Below, one piece after another: positions 19,958-30,366 of a stretch of 42,592 nt of DNA. Numbering within the stretch: the stretch's first letter is position 1; the number at the start of each line of letters is the position of its first letter. The stretch covers positions 1-42,592 of the forward strand of contig JAZDIN010000035.1 in assembly GCA_043804895.1 (NCBI GenBank). Reading direction: 5' to 3'. The stretch is from Candidatus Altiarchaeota archaeon. GTDB taxonomy: Archaea > Altiarchaeota > Altiarchaeia > IMC4 > SCGC-AAA252-I15. The notes under the pieces are model-generated. The model did not search any database and had not been told where the DNA came from. It saw only the letters and a program-made list of their open reading frames with translations. A program made the translations under genes and the position numbers.

Positions 19958-20178
19958 TAACGCCTGAATACCAGATAATATGCTCCCATCAACAAGAGGC
20001 CTATGACCCCTACTGTAACTGCACTCTGCCTGTCTGAGCCGAAGACTATCGGAATCGGACCGAGGAACACAACAGCGCTGCCTTTGACTTCACTCCCCTT
20101 CGAAGAAAAGACGCCGACGACTATGACAATGAAACCGATTAACACTAGCATAATGCCGAGGCTCACCAACGAATCCAT
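19957..20178 (-). CDS. DUF131 (TIGR00304-like) small membrane protein
   Basis: Two TM helices flanking VKGSAVVFLGPIPIVFGSD. Confidence 0.85.
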   Translation of the reverse strand: MDSLVSLGIMLVLIGFIVIVVGVFSSKGSEVKGSAVVFLGPIPIVFGSDRQSAVTVGVIGLLLMGAYYLVFRR

Positions 20179-20212
20179 AACCCTTATTATATCCTGTATG
20201 CTATTTATAACA

Positions 20213-22345
20213 ATGCCTCGGGACTATATTGCATTATCTATAATCCTCCTAATGGCATCCTACTCCTCAGCCGCAGCCACAGCCCCCTTCCAAGACTCCT
20301 TCGAAGAGATGTGGACCGCAGACCTCGGCGGAGAAGTGAACTCCCTGAGGATATCTGACATCAACGGCGACGGGATGGGGGAAGTCATAGCAGACAGCCT
20401 GTTCCTAACATCATACGGCAGAAGCGGCACACTATTCTCATTGGATAAAAGCGGGACGCAAAGCTGGAAATACTTCGCAGGCCTTCTCAAGGACTCATAC
20501 ACAACTCAGAGGGGATACACCATCCTTGGCGCAGGACCATACGCGGAATTCGTCGCCCCCGACGGAGTTGCAATATGGAAGCGCTCAACCCGCTCCTCCC
20601 CGCTGCAGAGCATAGACTCCCAGAGCGTCTACGCCTCAGACCTAAACAACGACGGAAAAGACGATGCAATCATCGGCACTAACCTCGGCTCCAAAGGCAG
20701 CTACCTGAGTATAAGGAACGACCAAGGCGATGAACTGGTTGAGATAACCTTCAAGGGGAATGAAGCCCCCCATGCCATATATAGTGCAGACTTGAACGGC
20801 GACGGCATACACGAGATAATGGTCGGCACAATCCGATACACGCCAAACACCGTAAGCGGCTCACAGCAGGCAGCATACAGCAAACCAACCACATTCAGGG
20901 TGTTCAACATAGACGGCCTCCTAACATGGTCAGACGAATACGAGAGCGCCGTGACAGCAGTGAAGTCATGCGTACTCAAGGAAGATGAGGGACCTGTTGT
21001 AATAGCAGGAACCGCTAACCGCTTCAAAGTCTACGATACGAAAGGACAAAGACTCTGGGAGGGCAACGTCAACGGCCAGGTCACTGCAATAGAGTGCGGC
21101 GACATCGACGGAGACGGCGCTCTAGACATCGCAGTCGGGTCCAACACCCTCTACGCCTACAAAAACACCGGAGAACAGCTTTGGAGCTACAACTCCGGCA
21201 CAGTATCTGCGATACGTGTAGCCGACCTTGGGAAAGACGGTAAACCGGAGGTCATCGTCGCATCAAACTCTATCCGAGTGTTCAACGACAAAGGGGAAGT
21301 CGTATACCGCTCAGACAACTACGGTACAATAACCTCGCTAGACGTGGCCGACACAAACGACGACAACTACGAGAACATAGTCTTCGGCTCCAAAGACCAC
21401 AAGGTCAGGGCCTTGGACACCAAAGCATACTCTCAGGAGGTTATGGCAGACCACTACTACAACCAGGCTGAGAAAGCCTACACAGCCCAGGACTACAACC
21501 TCACAGTATACTCGGCCACGGAAGCCAGAGACATCTACGGCGCAATGGAAAAGGAGTCTGACAAGAACAAGGCAGTGAAACTGATAGAAAAGGCCACAGC
21601 ATATTCTGACGGCAACAGGTACTATAACCTATCCCAATACTACTTTGACAAGACTGAATACGGTGAAAGCGTCAAATACGCTGACAAGGCGTTGGAAGCC
21701 TACAAACCACTGAACGATGTGCGAAAAATCACCGAAGTCGACGGGCTGAAGAAGAAGGCTCAGATGCTGCCGAACGCCGAAGTCAACCTGAACTTGTCTC
21801 GGCAGTACTTCCTCCAAGGAGACTACGATAAGGCGCTGGAGTACTCAGCTAAGGCAAAGAGCGGATACGACTACCTTGGCAACGCAGCACTCAAGGAGGA
21901 GGCGAGCACAATAAACGCGAAATCGACGCTATACTTGGAGTATCACAACCAACTCGACATAGCCTACAACTACTCACTAGCCAACAACAAAGCCAACGCC
22001 ACATACCACCTTAAGCTCGCGCAGGACATATACGACCGGCTGAACGACACGTCCCTGAAGCCAAGGTACGAGAACGTGAGCAGCGTCCTCACGAACATCA
22101 AAAGGAAAGAGGACGTGATAGTCTACGGCGGCATAGGGGTCGTAGCCTTCATAATACTCCTAATAATCGCGTTCATCGTGCTCATTGCGTTATACTTCAA
22201 GCAGAAAGGTGGATTCGAGGCCATCAGAATGCTCGTAAACTCTTACAGCAACAGGTCTGAAGGCAGAGGGAAGGGTGGAGACAGCGGCCTTCGGGAGCTT
22301 CGCGGCAGGACGGGGGAAAGCATCGGAGACTCGTTCAAGAGATAG
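20213..22345 (+). CDS. Surface protein with FG-GAP-like propeller, helical repeats and TM anchor (architectural paralog of 9906..11777)
   Basis: A signal peptide from ATG 20213; DINGDG/DLNNDG/DIDGDG repeats; ADHYYNQAEKAY-type helical repeats; long C-terminal TM. Confidence 0.8.
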   Translation: MPRDYIALSIILLMASYSSAAATAPFQDSFEEMWTADLGGEVNSLRISDINGDGMGEVIADSLFLTSYGRSGTLFSLDKSGTQSWKYFAGLLKDSYTTQRGYTILGAGPYAEFVAPDGVAIWKRSTRSSPLQSIDSQSVYASDLNNDGKDDAIIGTNLGSKGSYLSIRNDQGDELVEITFKGNEAPHAIYSADLNGDGIHEIMVGTIRYTPNTVSGSQQAAYSKPTTFRVFNIDGLLTWSDEYESAVTAVKSCVLKEDEGPVVIAGTANRFKVYDTKGQRLWEGNVNGQVTAIECGDIDGDGALDIAVGSNTLYAYKNTGEQLWSYNSGTVSAIRVADLGKDGKPEVIVASNSIRVFNDKGEVVYRSDNYGTITSLDVADTNDDNYENIVFGSKDHKVRALDTKAYSQEVMADHYYNQAEKAYTAQDYNLTVYSATEARDIYGAMEKESDKNKAVKLIEKATAYSDGNRYYNLSQYYFDKTEYGESVKYADKALEAYKPLNDVRKITEVDGLKKKAQMLPNAEVNLNLSRQYFLQGDYDKALEYSAKAKSGYDYLGNAALKEEASTINAKSTLYLEYHNQLDIAYNYSLANNKANATYHLKLAQDIYDRLNDTSLKPRYENVSSVLTNIKRKEDVIVYGGIGVVAFIILLIIAFIVLIALYFKQKGGFEAIRMLVNSYSNRSEGRGKGGDSGLRELRGRTGESIGDSFKR

Positions 22346-22361
22346 TAATATGAGGTGACGT

Positions 22362-22538
22362 ATGGCATCTAAGTCGAAAAAACCAGCAAGCCAGTTGGAC
22401 AAGGTCAGCCGTGACATCCGAAAAGACAACAGGCCGACCCTGTTCGGCAAAGGCAAAGCCAGTGGAAAATACAAAATAGGGAAGACGAAAAAGAATAAGC
22501 ATGCAAAACGCAAGCACGCTCGGAAAAGAAAAACCTAA
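22362..22538 (+). CDS. Small very basic protein (58 aa), absent from the ORF track
   Basis: GAGGTGA Shine-Dalgarno-like site, then ATG: MASKSKKPASQLDKVSRDIRKDNRPTLFGKGKASGKYKIGKTKKNKHAKRKHARKRKT. Confidence 0.7.
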   Translation: MASKSKKPASQLDKVSRDIRKDNRPTLFGKGKASGKYKIGKTKKNKHAKRKHARKRKT

Positions 22539-22550
22539 AAACGGGTTGGT

Positions 22551-22775
22551 CTATTTCTTTGCCGTGCTGAATCCTAGCAGGCTGTAAGCCGTGCAGTGCC
22601 TTGTCATGCTCGTGAACAATCCGGCAAAAGCCAACAAGGCAAGCACTACCTTAATCGGCCAAAATTCGAAGAAACCCCAAGCCAGTATTATCATGGCCAA
22701 AGTCCCTACAAACGCCCTCAACATAAGGTCTACCCCCCCAACATTCTCCCCATACAAAACCCTTCCAAAATCCAT
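22551..22775 (-). CDS. DUF2892/YgaP-like small membrane protein
   Basis: NVGGVD...R, two TM helices and C.AYSLLG.ST. Confidence 0.85.
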   Translation of the reverse strand: MDFGRVLYGENVGGVDLMLRAFVGTLAMIILAWGFFEFWPIKVVLALLAFAGLFTSMTRHCTAYSLLGFSTAKK

Positions 22776-22882
22776 AATTCACCTCAAAAATACATCTGGA
22801 TATACTATCCCTCCTTAACGGAATTAAATAGGATAAGGGCACCGCATTAGCCACCTCCCTCCAAGCCGTGTCCGGTAAATCC

Positions 22883-22914
22883 TTTATTAAGGTTCTATGA
22901 CTAGGTATTACCTA
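22883..22914 (+). promoter_or_regulatory. TATA-like box and operator-like palindrome upstream of the aro leader
   Basis: TTTATTAA at 22883-22890, 23 nt before ATG 22914. The palindrome TAGGTA-T-TACCTA spans 22902-22914. Confidence 0.5.
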
Positions 22915-22991
22915 TGCGACTAGGGAACAGCAGTCTGAAAGTATTCACTCGAGGATTCCCTAGCTTCGGCTATTGCTCGTATACTTATTGA
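22914..22991 (+). CDS. Putative Phe/Tyr-rich leader peptide of the aroF-aroB operon
   Basis: MRLGNSSLKVFTRGFPSFGYCSYTY*: 3 Phe and 3 Tyr in the last 15 codons, directly upstream of DAHP synthase. Confidence 0.65.
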   Translation: MRLGNSSLKVFTRGFPSFGYCSYTY

Positions 22992-22994
22992 ATT

Positions 22995-23051
22995 CAGGAC
23001 TCATATCCTGTTTTCTTGATAAACATGTCCTCAACAACAAAAATGTTTTTT
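22995..23051 (+). terminator. Candidate attenuator: hairpin and T-tracts
   Basis: CAGGA-CTCATA-TCCTG followed by TTTTCTT, with a second T6 tract at 23046-23051. Confidence 0.45.
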
Positions 23052-23155
23052 AACCCGATGGCGGGCGTCAGCTTCATGGCATGCCTAGTCTACAGTGCAG
23101 CCAAACTGGCGCAACTGAAGCCTACGGGATTAGATGCAGCGTGTGAGGTGGAAAA

Positions 23156-24172
23156 ATGATAGTAGTAATGGGCAAGCGTGCGACTTCGCAAGATGTGGAA
23201 GCACTCTCGCAGTGGGCCAAGGCAAAGGGAATAAAGGTTCACTTGTCGCAGGGTGAGGAGCGGACAATAGTCGGCCTCATTGGCGATGTGAGGCAGCTGA
23301 CAAAGGAAAAAATCGAGATGATGGGCGGCGTGGAGAAGGTAATGTCCGTGTTGAAACCCTACAAACTCGTCTCAAGGGAGTTCCACCCTCAAGACACAAT
23401 CATACAGGTCGACGGTGTCGAGATCGGCGGAAACGATTTTGTCGTAATTGCCGGACCCTGTGCCATCGAATCTGAACAGCAGTTGTTCGAAACAGCCGAC
23501 AGGGTGAAAAAAGCAGGCGTGAAAATATTCAGGGCGTCGGCATACAAGCCGCGAACGAGCCCATACTCGTTCCAGGGTCTTGGGCTAAAGGGTCTGAAAA
23601 TGCTGAAAAAACTCAGAAAAGAAACAGGATTGATTGTGGAGACTGAAGTGATGGACATCAGAACCCTTGGTAGTGTCGTAAAACACGTGGACATAATCCG
23701 GATAGGGGCGAGAAACATGCAGAATTTTGATCTCTTAAAAGAAGTCGGAAAAATCAACAAACCCGTCATACTCAAGAGGGGGATATCAGCGACTATCGAG
23801 GATTTCCTCCTTTCAGCTGAATACATCGCAAGCGAAGGAAACGAGAAAGTGATACTGTGTGAGCGAGGCATAAGGACATTTGAAACTGCGACAAGGAGCA
23901 CACTGGATTTAAGCTCCGTGCCTGTCGTGAAGGAGCTATCCCACCTGCCCATAATCGTAGACCCAAGCCATGCCGCCGGAAAATGTTCACTAGTGGCGCC
24001 CCTAAGCAAGGCGGCCTTGGCCGTGGGCGCGCACGGCTTATTAGTTGAAGTGCATTGTGACCCTAATACGGCCCTTTGTGATGCGCAGCAGGCTTTAACA
24101 CCAGACGACTTTGATAAGCTGATGCTGGACCTAAGACGGATAGGGAAGGCATTGAAGAGGGACATCTCATGA
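23156..24172 (+). CDS. aroF: 3-deoxy-7-phosphoheptulonate (DAHP) synthase type I-beta with N-terminal regulatory domain
   Basis: IAGPCAIES, AYKPRTSPYSFQG, IGARNMQNF, LCERGIRTFE and DPSHA. N-terminal MIVVM...HLSQGEERTIVGLIGD. GAGGTGG ribosome-binding site. Confidence 0.96.
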   Translation: MIVVMGKRATSQDVEALSQWAKAKGIKVHLSQGEERTIVGLIGDVRQLTKEKIEMMGGVEKVMSVLKPYKLVSREFHPQDTIIQVDGVEIGGNDFVVIAGPCAIESEQQLFETADRVKKAGVKIFRASAYKPRTSPYSFQGLGLKGLKMLKKLRKETGLIVETEVMDIRTLGSVVKHVDIIRIGARNMQNFDLLKEVGKINKPVILKRGISATIEDFLLSAEYIASEGNEKVILCERGIRTFETATRSTLDLSSVPVVKELSHLPIIVDPSHAAGKCSLVAPLSKAALAVGAHGLLVEVHCDPNTALCDAQQALTPDDFDKLMLDLRRIGKALKRDIS

Positions 24173-25293
24173 ACTCTGAGGAAAAAATACGGGTGGGGTT
24201 ATCTCCCAACTACGATATTCTCGTATCGGATAAACTCACATGTCTTGTCGAGAAGCATCTTGCCAAGAAGGTCGACGCAAGCTGTTTTGTGATCGTCTCG
24301 GATCCCAACATCCTGAAAATCGGGAAGGCTGTCGGAGAAATCCTTGAAAAAAATAAATGCAAGGTGTTCGTCCTGGAAATCAAGGGTGGCGAAGAGAATA
24401 AAAACCTGAAGAATGTCGAGTCAATGATAGAAAAAATGCTAGAAGTCGGTGCTGATAGGAAGTCAGTGATTGTTAGCGTCGGCGGCGGTATTGTGGGGGA
24501 TACGAGCGGGTTCGTCGCCTCAGTATTCATGAGAGGGATACGTTTCGTGCAAGTGCCCACCACCCTATTAGCGATGGTTGATGCCAGTATAGGCGGCAAA
24601 GTAGGGGTAAATGCTCCTCAATGCAAAAATGCCATCGGAAGCTTTTTCCAACCTATGGAGGTTTTAATAGGGTTGGATGTGTTAGAGACATTACCTCAGA
24701 AGGAATGGAAAAATGGGCTGGCCGAGGTTGTGAAAACAGCAGTCTTAGGGGATAAGGACTTTTTTTCGTTCCTGGAAAAAAATCATGATGAAATAGGGTG
24801 TAAAAGAATCAACATCATAAGGGAGATTATCCTCTCATGCTGTAAAATAAAAGCAGGCATCGTGGAAAAGGACGTGAAAGAAGCCAACCTCAGGCAAATA
24901 CTGAACTACGGGCATACCATAGGCCACGCTATTGAAATAGCTACGGATTATGGGAAGGTATCGCATGGTGAAGCTATTGTTGTCGGGATGGAGGTGGAGG
25001 CGATTATCTCCAACAGAATGGGTTTTTTCCCTAATGCGGATTTAACTAGGCAGCACAATCTACTTCATAAACTCGGTTTAGAAACAATACTGCCCCCGGA
25101 CGTAAGTGCTGATAGAATAGTGGAGGCCTTAAAACATGATAAAAAGAATTTAGGCGGCAAAATCATATTTTCTCTGCCAGCTGAAATAGGCCGGATGAAA
25201 GAAATTGGCGGCAACTTCGGGATAAGCGTCCCACGGGATGTGTTAAATGCATCAGTTAAAGAGTTCCTTTCTGATGACAGACCTGCGTCTTAG
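24169..25293 (+). CDS. aroB: 3-dehydroquinate synthase (bacterial AroB type)
   Basis: GGGIVGD, VPTTLLAMVDASIGGKVGVN, GLAEVVK, LNYGHTIGHAIE and HGEA. Confidence 0.96.
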   Translation: MNSEEKIRVGLSPNYDILVSDKLTCLVEKHLAKKVDASCFVIVSDPNILKIGKAVGEILEKNKCKVFVLEIKGGEENKNLKNVESMIEKMLEVGADRKSVIVSVGGGIVGDTSGFVASVFMRGIRFVQVPTTLLAMVDASIGGKVGVNAPQCKNAIGSFFQPMEVLIGLDVLETLPQKEWKNGLAEVVKTAVLGDKDFFSFLEKNHDEIGCKRINIIREIILSCCKIKAGIVEKDVKEANLRQILNYGHTIGHAIEIATDYGKVSHGEAIVVGMEVEAIISNRMGFFPNADLTRQHNLLHKLGLETILPPDVSADRIVEALKHDKKNLGGKIIFSLPAEIGRMKEIGGNFGISVPRDVLNASVKEFLSDDRPAS

Positions 25294-25298
25294 TCTGC

Positions 25299-25942
25299 TC
25301 ACGGCCTTTTGGGCGATTTGTCTTGCAGTATCGCAGCTGGCAGGTCTAATACTCCCTCAAGTTTCCTTATCAGCGCAGAATCCGATGTTGCTGTTGTCTT
25401 ATTGAGTTTGAGTATCGTACCGTCTGCGTTTTTCGCAGTATTCGCGTCGCCTTCCAGTCCGGCCTCCGTCATCCTTTCGCGGACGTACTCCGCGAGTCTT
25501 CCGCTTTTCGGTATCTGGCTGTCGAAGACCCATGTGATATGGGATGGTCTGTGTTTGGCGAGTGCCTGAACAACGGCATCAACCGCGTTTTCAGTCCCCT
25601 CTCCCACCTTGTAGTTGCTGAAGGCCATCGTGTTGTCTCTCATCATCCCGTCCTGGCATGGGAATACTTCGCCGCCTGAGCGGCCGGCTTCGACTGTGAT
25701 TACCACATTGAATCCGTCGATTACTAGCTCCCGCCCTTTCACGGCTTCTATCGGCTTCAGTTTCGCCTTAGTCGACTTCATCTCATCGTAGGAGTACACT
25801 TCACGCAGTAGCCTGTTCCTCTGCCTCCTATCCAGTCTATAATGGTCTGAGATGAAAGAAAGAGCGGAGCATTTGCGGTAGCCCCTATCTAATAAAATCC
25901 TGATGTCCTCTCTCGCATCTTCCAGGTTACTGGCATCGGCCA

Positions 25943-25943
<1 letters not shown>
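25299..25943 (-). CDS. DUF434 domain protein
   Basis: AREDIRILLDRGY...AL.FISDHYRL, IDGFNVVITVE, DGMMRD, KSGRLA and ATSDS. Confidence 0.85.
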
Positions 25944-27007
<1,064 letters not shown>

Positions 27008-27016
27008 TCACCCCCC

Positions 27017-28290
<1,274 letters not shown>

Positions 28291-28425
28291 TAACCTGTCT
28301 TGTTTTCACTTGCTTTTGTATTGCTTTGTGGTTTTATGGCAGAAATGTCATGTTTTCGTACATTGTACTCATTTATATACTAGTTCTACCAAGTATAATC
28401 AAATAAATAATGGATTCTTTAGTGG

Positions 28426-29061
28426 GTGGTTGGTGTGATTGAAAGTATAGTATTGCTCGGAGCTTTGCTTGTGATGGGTCTTTGCTTCCATCATGGGATG
28501 TCCATCTCAGGCCTTATGAACGACAAGTCCATGTACTCCAAGACGATAGTTTCTAAGATGTACTCTAACGTTCTGCCCCCGCTGAAGAACGGCCACATGT
28601 GTCCGAGGACTAAGAAGCAATGTCACTACAATGACCATCTGGGTTGCAAACACTTCCAGACCCTGGATACTAAAAAGAACAAGATTGTCTGCAACTTCAC
28701 GCACGGCGGTGTGAAAAAGGGGTCAGACCAGGAAAAGGCGCTGGAATTCAGTAAAGTCGACTATGCGACGCATGACAGGAAGAAGCTGGTGACTGACATA
28801 GACCGACTAGCTAACGTCCTGGAAAAGCACAAGAGGGTTGTCTTCGACATGAAACTGGCCGACCACCTGGGCGTGCCATCAAAACAGCTATCTACCCACA
28901 TCAACTGCCTGGAAAAATACAAGTTCATCAGGACTTACATAGACCCGGTCGACGGTATGACAATCGTCTGGGAGGATAAGACCGACCTGATAAAGAACGG
29001 CTACTCGCAGGAATTCATAAAACAGGAACTGCAAAACAGAAAAAAAGTCAACCTGTACTGA
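28426..29061 (+). CDS. Hypothetical protein: N-terminal TM, Cys/His cluster, C-terminal winged-HTH-like region
   Basis: IVLLGALLVMGLCF; CPRTKKQCHYNDHLGCKHF..C; LADHLGVPSKQLSTHINCLEKYKFIR. Confidence 0.65.
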   Translation: MVGVIESIVLLGALLVMGLCFHHGMSISGLMNDKSMYSKTIVSKMYSNVLPPLKNGHMCPRTKKQCHYNDHLGCKHFQTLDTKKNKIVCNFTHGGVKKGSDQEKALEFSKVDYATHDRKKLVTDIDRLANVLEKHKRVVFDMKLADHLGVPSKQLSTHINCLEKYKFIRTYIDPVDGMTIVWEDKTDLIKNGYSQEFIKQELQNRKKVNLY

Positions 29062-29125
29062 ATAAACCTCGTTCAGTCAAACCTTTATACTGATGTCACC
29101 TAAGTGTTAGCCAGCCAGGTGACGT

Positions 29126-29566
29126 ATGGATGATTCAAATCCAATAGGGAGCGTATCAAAGCCGCCGAAAGCGTCGGGCAATCGGTTCCCGAGATATTCC
29201 CCTCAATTCCTGTTAGCAATCCTAATACTATCTCTCCTTGCTACATACTACCTCACGTTCACGACAATCATAGACTACCTGAACCACCCCACTCCGACTC
29301 CTGAGCCTATGATAACCCCCGCTACGACATTGCCCACCGACGCAAGCGAGCCAGTCGAGCAGGTGGAGAATGAAGTTCAGGAGCCTGTGGGGGGCGGTCC
29401 CTCAGGTTTCGGAAGTCGAATCTCCTCCACGACACTGAAACCGCAGATTAATAATCTGCTCGGGGATAGTCTGCCCGGATTCTCAGTGACTGTCGCGCTC
29501 GGATTCATACTCCTAGTCATAGTCGCGGACGCTATCAGAGTCTACTACACAGAAAAACGTAAGTGA
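29126..29566 (+). CDS. Hypothetical two-TM membrane protein with Pro/Thr-rich loop
   Basis: Two hydrophobic helices separated by a PTPTPEP...TTLPT linker. Confidence 0.7.
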   Translation: MDDSNPIGSVSKPPKASGNRFPRYSPQFLLAILILSLLATYYLTFTTIIDYLNHPTPTPEPMITPATTLPTDASEPVEQVENEVQEPVGGGPSGFGSRISSTTLKPQINNLLGDSLPGFSVTVALGFILLVIVADAIRVYYTEKRK

Positions 29567-29567
29567 C

Positions 29568-30077
29568 TCAGTCAGTTCTCCTGATGATGTACTCAGGGAC
29601 GATACCTAATCTAATATACTCTCCCTTGACCTCTTTCGGCAGGTGTTTGAAGTCCCGCACACTCTTCCTGCATTTCTTATGGCCGCAGCCGCATTCCATC
29701 TCCCAGTCGTCCTCGTCCATGGTGGTCGAATAGTCCCAGGTGACTTCGTCGCCTTTTTTGATATTCCTGATTGCTATCAGCTGCGCCTTACCCTCTGCTA
29801 TCCTCAGCCCGGCGTTGGGATTGCATGAGTGGTTCATGTAATCGTCGAAGCTGCCGGAGGGGCCGAGGTACAGGTCCTCGCTTATCTGCACGAAGTAATC
29901 CTCATCTTCCTTATAGTGGGCTTCAATCTCATCGTAGGTGGCGGTTTTCCCGCCGAAGTCCATTATCTTCTGCCCTTTCTTAAACCCTTTAGTGGCGTAA
30001 ACGCCCCTCCCATGCTTGGATTTACCTACCCTCAAACAGTCCATCGGAATAATAACCTCATCTCTACAGCAACTCAT
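29568..30077 (-). CDS. SET-domain protein lysine methyltransferase with post-SET Cys motif
   Basis: GRGVYA, YMNHSCNPNA, IKKGDEVTWDY and CGCGHKKCR. Confidence 0.92.
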   Translation of the reverse strand: MSCCRDEVIIPMDCLRVGKSKHGRGVYATKGFKKGQKIMDFGGKTATYDEIEAHYKEDEDYFVQISEDLYLGPSGSFDDYMNHSCNPNAGLRIAEGKAQLIAIRNIKKGDEVTWDYSTTMDEDDWEMECGCGHKKCRKSVRDFKHLPKEVKGEYIRLGIVPEYIIRRTD

Positions 30078-30366
30078 TATCTATTCTAGCAGCAGGGATA
30101 AATATCAGGCCCTCCTCGTCTGACATATCTATTGCCGTCCTGTCGGGTTATATACACACAAGACCTTTATCAGGGGCCTATTCTTCGACCCTCAAACTGG
30201 GTGGCCTCCACTCGGCTGTGAAGATTCTTGGGGGGTGAACTTAGACGATACTTAAGAAAGGGCGAAAAGACTAAAATCACGGGTGCTTTGGGAGTTCGTA
30301 GACAGTTTAGGTGAGGTTTCAGCCGTACGTTATCTTTTATTAGTCTACACTGCCCAAAATCCTACT

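Noticed and set aside
20003-20212. N-terminal extension of the 780-aa ORF
   Set aside because: It overlaps the DUF131 gene on the opposite strand, and the signal peptide begins at ATG 20213.
23389-24165. Long antisense ORFs (this 258-aa one and similar ones opposite other genes)
   Set aside because: They are shadow frames of well-supported genes with no independent motifs.
30078-30366. Long intergenic region as a possible tRNA or ncRNA
   Set aside because: I saw no cloverleaf, T-loop motif or convincing stable structure.
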